From an uncultured archaeon (GTDB lineage Archaea > Micrarchaeota > Micrarchaeia > Micrarchaeales > CABMGC01), in contig CAWBCT010000005.1 of the NCBI GenBank assembly GCA_963787445.1, positions 448,001-512,000 of the forward strand: a DNA stretch of 64,000 nt, written 5' to 3'. The notes beneath the pieces are model-generated. The model was given only the letters and a program-made list of their open reading frames with translations, was not told the origin of the DNA and ran no database searches. Made by a program: the position numbers and the translations under genes. Positions 58,190 to 64,000 of this stretch are shown piece by piece. Every line of letters starts with the position of its first letter. Within the stretch, counting starts at the first letter, position 1.

Positions 58190-59955
58190 GTGTAAACACC
58201 GACCGAGTAGAGCCTAGGGGTGTAGGAGTACACCGCATTTGAGCTGTAAAGCGAAGCGTACTTGCTGAAAGGCAGCAGGGTTCCTGCGCGGGAGACGCTG
58301 TAGGAGTTAGTAAAGCCCGCCGGAATGTAATTTCCGTTAAAGTATACGACGTTTGAAGGTATGCCTGTATTGCCAAATCCGCTGTAGTCTTTCGAATCAC
58401 CCTCAAGCAGCCACCAGCCTACGTTGCCTGCACCAGAAATTGGAGGTGCCGCTAAGCCCTCTTGGTATAACGCAGAGATTTGGGTTGATGTGAGCGAGGT
58501 GTTGTAGATCTGGACATCTGCAATTGAACCTGGGAAGAAGTAGCCGTAGTTTGATTCACCCCCAATTATTAAATCCTGAGTGGTAGCCCACGAACCAGTT
58601 CCCGAAGTAGTTGAATTTCTCATCACCCCATCAACCCATATGCTCCAAGTCGAGCCGCTTCTCATACCCACCACATAATGCCAATTACCATCATTAATCA
58701 TGTTTGTGGTTCCGCTTGTCTGATATGTGGTTCCAGGTGCCGCTCTGCCAGCAAAATTAATCCTGCCGTTATTTAGTACTAATTCCCAACCTAGACCGGC
58801 ACCATACTTTGCTGATGCAACAACAAGACTGTTCGTATTGAATCTTAACCATTCTGAGACAACGATATTTCCAGGAACATTCAACAACGCCCCATTTCCC
58901 GCATCAATATAGCTGTTCTGCCCATTCAAATAGGCAGTATTCAAGGCAGGCCCATATGCGCCGCTTGCGCCGTATCCATTCGGCAAGCTTGGGGAGATGT
59001 AGTTGTTTTGTGCAAACATTATGCTATTTGTGGATCCTTGGTTGTTGTTTCCACTGTAATCCGCTGTATCACCTTCAAGTGGCCACCAACCCGCGTTGCC
59101 TGCGTTGCTTAATGGTGCACCTGTAAGGCCTTCCTGATACAGCGAGGCGACCTGTCCGCTAGGAAGCGCGGTGTCATAAAACTGGACATTTGCTATCGAA
59201 CCGGTGTAGTACCCTCCGCAGGTGCTTGGGGGACCATCGCACTGCACGCCGATCTGATTGGTTAGCGTGCTGCCTGTGTTGAACGTTGCACTACCACTCG
59301 TTGCCAGCACCCCATCAACGTAAATATAAATAGTTGATCCAGGCCCCCATACTGCTACGACATTATGCCACGCCCCGTCATTTATTACCTTTGATGATGC
59401 CAGCGAACCCGTGCCGCTTGACCATACCGCAGCAACCGAATTCTCGTAAACCTGAAGCCCGTGGCCATTACCGTCCCATGTGGAGAAAAGTATACCATAG
59501 GTGGTGGTTGACTTCATCCACAAGCTTACGGTGACTGTGCTGGGTGGATTGTCGATGGGAGCCGAATTAGGTATGACTACCCAGCTCTGCCCATTGAACT
59601 GTGCAACCGGAGGCGCACTTATTCCATTTATGAATACGCCGTAGTTACTACTTGGATTAACTGTGTCCAGCAGGTAGGTTGCGCAGCTGCCGCTTCCGTT
59701 AAGATAATATTGAACGGCTGCCTGCAGCACTGTCGCCCCAGACATCGGGTTGCACTGCGCGAGCGCGCCGAAGGAAGCGGCCGAGAGGCTGCCTACTTTT
59801 ATCGTGCTCAGCAGGTTGAGTATCGACTGTGCCTGGCCCGATGCAAGCGTGTAGGGGCTTCCGGTGGCGTAGTTGAAGTAGACGACTATGGAGATTGCGG
59901 CGCCGACTATCACCAACGCGAAGATCGCGTCGGTGGTAAAGATCATTCCTTTCAT
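58180..59955 (-). CDS. Surface protein with class III signal peptide and two LamG/concanavalin-like domains
   Basis: MKG|MIFTTDAIFAL; twice INDG.WH.VV, YVDGV/WVDGV, GSIA.VQ.Y, LYQEGL...P, GWW.LEGD..DYSG. Confidence 0.82.
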   Translation of the reverse strand: MKGMIFTTDAIFALVIVGAAISIVVYFNYATGSPYTLASGQAQSILNLLSTIKVGSLSAASFGALAQCNPMSGATVLQAAVQYYLNGSGSCATYLLDTVNPSSNYGVFINGISAPPVAQFNGQSWVVIPNSAPIDNPPSTVTVSLWMKSTTTYGILFSTWDGNGHGLQVYENSVAAVWSSGTGSLASSKVINDGAWHNVVAVWGPGSTIYIYVDGVLATSGSATFNTGSTLTNQIGVQCDGPPSTCGGYYTGSIANVQFYDTALPSGQVASLYQEGLTGAPLSNAGNAGWWPLEGDTADYSGNNNQGSTNSIMFAQNNYISPSLPNGYGASGAYGPALNTAYLNGQNSYIDAGNGALLNVPGNIVVSEWLRFNTNSLVVASAKYGAGLGWELVLNNGRINFAGRAAPGTTYQTSGTTNMINDGNWHYVVGMRSGSTWSIWVDGVMRNSTTSGTGSWATTQDLIIGGESNYGYFFPGSIADVQIYNTSLTSTQISALYQEGLAAPPISGAGNVGWWLLEGDSKDYSGFGNTGIPSNVVYFNGNYIPAGFTNSYSVSRAGTLLPFSKYASLYSSNAVYSYTPRLYSVGVYTWR

Positions 59956-60119
59956 GCGCTGCGCCCGGAGATAAGAACAATCTTTATATTTATAAACTTG
60001 CGCTACTTCCCTCACCCCCGCATCCGCAGCACGCCTTTGCCTCGGCACACGCGGCTTCTTTTATGCGACTCGCACAAAATCTCGAAATGCTTTAAATAAC
60101 TTATTGTAAAATAAACACC

Positions 60120-61709
60120 ATGCCGACAAGGTACATTGTTATATTGGGCTCAGTGATGAGTGGGCTTGGCAAGGGCGTCGTCACCTCCTCCCTCCTCAAG
60201 ACCCTTGATTTCTACGACACCACGTCGTTGCCGATAAAGTTCGACGGTTATCTCAATTATGACTGCGGCACGATGAACCCCTACCGCCACGGAGAGGTGT
60301 TCGTCCTGGATGACAGGAGCGAGGTCGACATGGACTTCGGGATCTACGAACGCTTCCTGAACAAGAGCATGTCCGGCGATCAATCCATAACCGGAGGCAA
60401 GCTGTTCGGCTCGGTGCTCGAGAAGGAGCGCAGGGGCGAGTACCTCGGAGAGGATGTCCAGATAATCCCACATCTCACGAACCGCGCCATCGAGATGATA
60501 GAGAAGGTCTCGAAAAGCGAAAAGCCCGATGTGGTTGTCATAGAGGTGGGCGGCACTGTTGGAGACATAGAAAACAGCTATTTCATCGAGGCCGTAAGGC
60601 AGCTAGCTCTCAAGGAGTCGGCCACGTTCGTCAACCTCACCTATGCACCCAGGATGGAGGTGGTGGGCGAGCAGAAGACAAAACCCGCCCAGCTGGGTTT
60701 CAGAAACCTTCTTGCAGCCGGTGTGCCTCCCCGCTTCGTAATATGCAGGAGCAACACCCGCCTGTCCGAGAAGACCAAGGAGAAGCTTGCGCTGTTCGCA
60801 AACGTGGCGAAGGAGAAGGTGATCGACGACTCCGACCTTCCAAGCATCTACGCGCTGCCGCTTCACTTCATCGAGCAGGGATTTGACAAGAAGCTGATGG
60901 AGGAGTTAGGATTTGACCGGAAGCTCAATAAAGCAAAACTCGAGAGATGGAAGCGCAGTGTAGATGAGATCTGCAATCCAAAGGGCACCGTAGAGATTGC
61001 GATAGTGGGCAAGTATACCGAACTGGTTGACGCTTATGCAAGCCTGAAGGAGGCGATCTCGCACGCAGGCGGCTCAGTCTCTGCTAAGCCAAAGATTCGC
61101 TGGGTCGAGTCCACGACCCTCGAAGGCGGCGACATGGACAAGCTCAAGGGGATAGACGCGATGATAGTTCCCGGCGGCTTCGGCAGCCGTGGGATAGAAG
61201 GGATGATAAACGCGATCCGCTACGCAAGAGAAAACAAGATTCCATACCTTGGCATCTGCCTTGGGATGCAGCTCATGGCGGTGGAGTACGCCCGCAATGT
61301 CTGCGGCCTGGAGGGCGCGAACTCCTCTGAGTTCGACCCGAAGACCAAGAATCCAATCATCCATTTGATGGAGAGCCAGAAGTTCCTCAAGCAAAAGGGC
61401 GGGACGATGAGGTTGGGGCTGTGGGAGTGCAAGCTCGCGAAGGGCAGCCAGGTGCACAGGGCCTACGGCGCCGAGAGGATAGGCGAGCGCCACAGGCACC
61501 GCTACGAGTTCAACAACGAGTACCGCAGGCAGCTGGAGAAGAAGGGCCTTGTGGTGAGCGGGACCTCGCTTGACAACAGCCTGGTCGAGTTCATAGAGTG
61601 GGCGGACGGCTTTGGGGTCGCCACCCAGGCACATCCGGAGCTGAAGTCCAGGCTCGAGGCGCCGGCGCCGCTCTTTGTGGCGCTGCTGAAAGCTGCGACG
61701 GCGCGATAG
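60120..61709 (+). CDS. pyrG: CTP synthase
   Basis: SGLGKG, GTMNP..HGEVFV, KTKP, PGGFG.RG, GICLGMQ, RHRHRYE, HPE. Confidence 0.97.
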   Translation: MPTRYIVILGSVMSGLGKGVVTSSLLKTLDFYDTTSLPIKFDGYLNYDCGTMNPYRHGEVFVLDDRSEVDMDFGIYERFLNKSMSGDQSITGGKLFGSVLEKERRGEYLGEDVQIIPHLTNRAIEMIEKVSKSEKPDVVVIEVGGTVGDIENSYFIEAVRQLALKESATFVNLTYAPRMEVVGEQKTKPAQLGFRNLLAAGVPPRFVICRSNTRLSEKTKEKLALFANVAKEKVIDDSDLPSIYALPLHFIEQGFDKKLMEELGFDRKLNKAKLERWKRSVDEICNPKGTVEIAIVGKYTELVDAYASLKEAISHAGGSVSAKPKIRWVESTTLEGGDMDKLKGIDAMIVPGGFGSRGIEGMINAIRYARENKIPYLGICLGMQLMAVEYARNVCGLEGANSSEFDPKTKNPIIHLMESQKFLKQKGGTMRLGLWECKLAKGSQVHRAYGAERIGERHRHRYEFNNEYRRQLEKKGLVVSGTSLDNSLVEFIEWADGFGVATQAHPELKSRLEAPAPLFVALLKAATAR

Positions 61710-61740
61710 TCACTCCCAAAAGCACTTAGCTCACCTGCCC

Positions 61741-63348
61741 CTACTCAGGCGGCAAAAATCTGGTGGTGTAGCCGAGCAGATATCCAAACACGGGCCCAAG
61801 CACCGGCATGGTGCTGCTTGCGCCCTTCAGGAGCTCCAGGTCGCTCCTCTCCACGCCGTGCAGCAGTGCCGCCACTACCGGGTAGATGATTAGGTACAGC
61901 ACGATGCCCACTGCGATCGTCAGGGCGTAGGACACCACACCCAGGAACGGGGAAGCCAGGCTCAGCACCAGGGCGACAATTCCCGCCACAACCAGGTTCG
62001 CGAGCAGCAGCTGCAGGATCTTGCGGAACCGTATCTTTGCCTCCGCCGATCCGGTCTTCCACAGGTAGTTGACGTACAGCGCGGCCAGGATGAAGTTGCC
62101 CAGGTAAAACACGGCGGCTATCATGCCCACGACGCCGAAGTAGTAGGTGAGGGAGATCATGGCAATCAGCTCCAGAACCCCAGATATTATCGCGTACTTG
62201 AGCACCTTCCTGGTGTTGCCCTCCCCGATCAGGAGGTTAGGTCCGAAGTTTGCCACAACAATGATCAGCAGGCTCACAGCTATGAGCTGCAGGTACGGGG
62301 TGGCCCCAAGATAGGCGGCGCCGAAGAAGAGCAGGATAAGCGGCTGCGCGAAGATCACGACCAGCATTATCGCCGGGGTCGCAAAGACGAGGCTGAAGTA
62401 GACCGAGTAGTAGAACAGCCTCTCCACATTTATCCCTGACCGCCTGCGCCCGAAGGCCTCGGAGAACATCGGTATCAGGGCAAGCGCAATCGAGGCCCCG
62501 AACAGGTCCAAGGAGGCGCCGATCTTCTGGGCTATCCCGTAAAAGCCTATGATTGAGGGGATCTCGAAGAAACCCAGGTAGATGACCGAGAAGTACAGGA
62601 GCACGGTGCTTATCATGCCGGAAAGCGTGAGGTGCTTGGCAAAGTTTATCGTCTCCTTCATGCGCTTGAACATCCCATTGAACTTGAACTTCAGCGGGTA
62701 CTTCCTGTGCACCAGGTAGAGCTGGAGCAGGAAGCTCACGGCGAGGCCCGCGGAGAACCCGAGCAGCGCGCCGATCACTCCGTAGCCCAGCAGGATGAGG
62801 CCGATGCTGACCAGCGCCTGGACTACCGAGTGGACGACCGCCGCGCCGGCAGCCTTCTCGCTGTGGTTTATGCTTATAAGCGCATCGCTGAACGTGTTGA
62901 AGGAGAGGTTGAACACTATTGCTATGAGCCCTATGTCGAGCGCGTAGATGTAGAGGGTCGTGTTCAGGAAGTAGGTTGAGATCTGGTTTCCGAGCGCGAT
63001 ACAAAGAACAACCAGTCCGCCACCCAGAAGGACTGACAGCAGCAGCGCATCGCCCATGGCCACGCCGATCTCATCCGTCTTATTCTTCGCCTTGAGGCGG
63101 GGAATGTGCTCCTTGAGGAACGGCCCTATGTTCGGGTTTCCCAGGGTCGTTATGAATGCTACCACGCTCGTGATAAGCACGTATATGCCGTAATTGTGCG
63201 GAGCCAGCAGCCGCGCTACCACCACGAACATCGCCGCGCTGATTATCAGTGCCAGCACTCGTCCCGAGATAAGAAATGAGGCGGCCTTTGCGGTCCTGAG
63301 GCCCAGCTCCTCGGTCGCGCTCTGCTTGTCAAGAACCATGGGAGACAC
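61741..63348 (-). CDS. Polysaccharide/oligosaccharide flippase (Wzx/MOP family)
   Basis: ARLLAP..YGIY, G.Y.IA, L.P.FS, about 14 TM helices. Confidence 0.87.
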   Translation of the reverse strand: MSPMVLDKQSATEELGLRTAKAASFLISGRVLALIISAAMFVVVARLLAPHNYGIYVLITSVVAFITTLGNPNIGPFLKEHIPRLKAKNKTDEIGVAMGDALLLSVLLGGGLVVLCIALGNQISTYFLNTTLYIYALDIGLIAIVFNLSFNTFSDALISINHSEKAAGAAVVHSVVQALVSIGLILLGYGVIGALLGFSAGLAVSFLLQLYLVHRKYPLKFKFNGMFKRMKETINFAKHLTLSGMISTVLLYFSVIYLGFFEIPSIIGFYGIAQKIGASLDLFGASIALALIPMFSEAFGRRRSGINVERLFYYSVYFSLVFATPAIMLVVIFAQPLILLFFGAAYLGATPYLQLIAVSLLIIVVANFGPNLLIGEGNTRKVLKYAIISGVLELIAMISLTYYFGVVGMIAAVFYLGNFILAALYVNYLWKTGSAEAKIRFRKILQLLLANLVVAGIVALVLSLASPFLGVVSYALTIAVGIVLYLIIYPVVAALLHGVERSDLELLKGASSTMPVLGPVFGYLLGYTTRFLPPE

Positions 63349-64000
63349 CCTCGTGCGGAAGGAAGCGCTGCGTATATGCGCAGAACCAGGCCATTATCCC
63401 TCCGAATATCCTTATCCTGGCCGAGTACTCGACAAGCATCCTGAGGTCCTTGCTCTCCACCAGCTTCAGGAGGCCGAGCATCGCGGGATACACCGCGGCC
63501 AGTATGATGATTCCCGCGATGAGCTCCAGCACCGATGAGCCCAGGAGCAAAGCCGCTGCCAATGGGATCGCGAGCACCAGGTTCACGACTGTTATCTTGG
63601 CCATCTTCCAGTACTCAAGGTGCGCCTTCAGTTCGTCCTTTGCGAGTTTTATGAGGAAGAGGTCAGTCGCGACATTTCCTATGAGGAAGATTGCGACTAT
63701 GCTACCAACCACCGTAAAGGTGGGCGTCAGGGCCACCAGCGCCACAAGCTCAATTATCGTCGCCGCAAAGTTGTAGAGAAGGAATTTTCTGGTCAGTCCG
63801 CGCGCCGCTATAAGGCTGCCCAGGAAGTAGCCTATCATGCTGATTGCGGTTCCGAATGCGATGAGCGTAAGATAGAGCGGTGCAGCGGCGTAGCTCGCGG
63901 AGAAGAAGAGCGTGATCTCCGGCCGCGCCAGCACCCCCACGTAGATTATGAGCGGCAGCGTGAGTGTCAGCGAGTATAGCATGATCTTGTTGTAGGTCTG
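63329..64000 (-). CDS. Second flippase paralogue (5' end outside window)
   Basis: C-terminal half resembles 61741-63348 (Y..A..YL.LIA, YP..., VE..DL). Confidence 0.8.
   Translation of the reverse strand, partial: QTYNKIMLYSLTLTLPLIIYVGVLARPEITLFFSASYAAAPLYLTLIAFGTAISMIGYFLGSLIAARGLTRKFLLYNFAATIIELVALVALTPTFTVVGSIVAIFLIGNVATDLFLIKLAKDELKAHLEYWKMAKITVVNLVLAIPLAAALLLGSSVLELIAGIIILAAVYPAMLGLLKLVESKDLRMLVEYSARIRIFGGIMAWFCAYTQRFLPHEGVSHGS

Overview
This is a gene-dense archaeal chromosomal window with no rRNA, CRISPR array, transposase or integrase. Lineage is inferred as DPANN, most likely Ca. Micrarchaeota (ARMAN-like), from QSAxEYLxTYGW class III pilin-like proteins, LamG/DUF2341 surface proteins, DUF929 and a tRNA with a T-loop intron. 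Core content includes the exosome/rpl37ae/rpoP operon, ftsZ, truD, GGGP synthase and geranylgeranyl reductase, RNase Z, the adk-DUF106-rpl34e-cmk-rpl14e block, thermosome, AglB, PolD (DP1/DP2), Top6A, LonB, TopA, Alba, TrmI, Rnp4, NAC, lipoate genes (lplB/lplA/lipA), pyrG and two flippases, plus tRNA-Val(GAC) and tRNA-Arg(TCT). The most unusual observations are: (1) a stand-alone single-repeat ('half') TATA-binding protein with its own TATA box; (2) next to it, a surface-protein gene split by two +1 frameshifts that both fall at C-AGA-T; (3) a LAGLIDADG intein next to a metal-ligand His of endonuclease Q; (4) an AbiE toxin-antitoxin pair between an intact lipA and a diverged lipA 5' stump; (5) a 13-nt T-loop (59/60) tRNA intron; (6) a truncated or split Rqc2/NFACT; (7) catalytically eroded proline-dehydrogenase-like and HAD proteins; (8) a 755-bp tandem duplication of a two-gene SMR/EamA pair. 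All family assignments come from recognised motifs; no database search was run.
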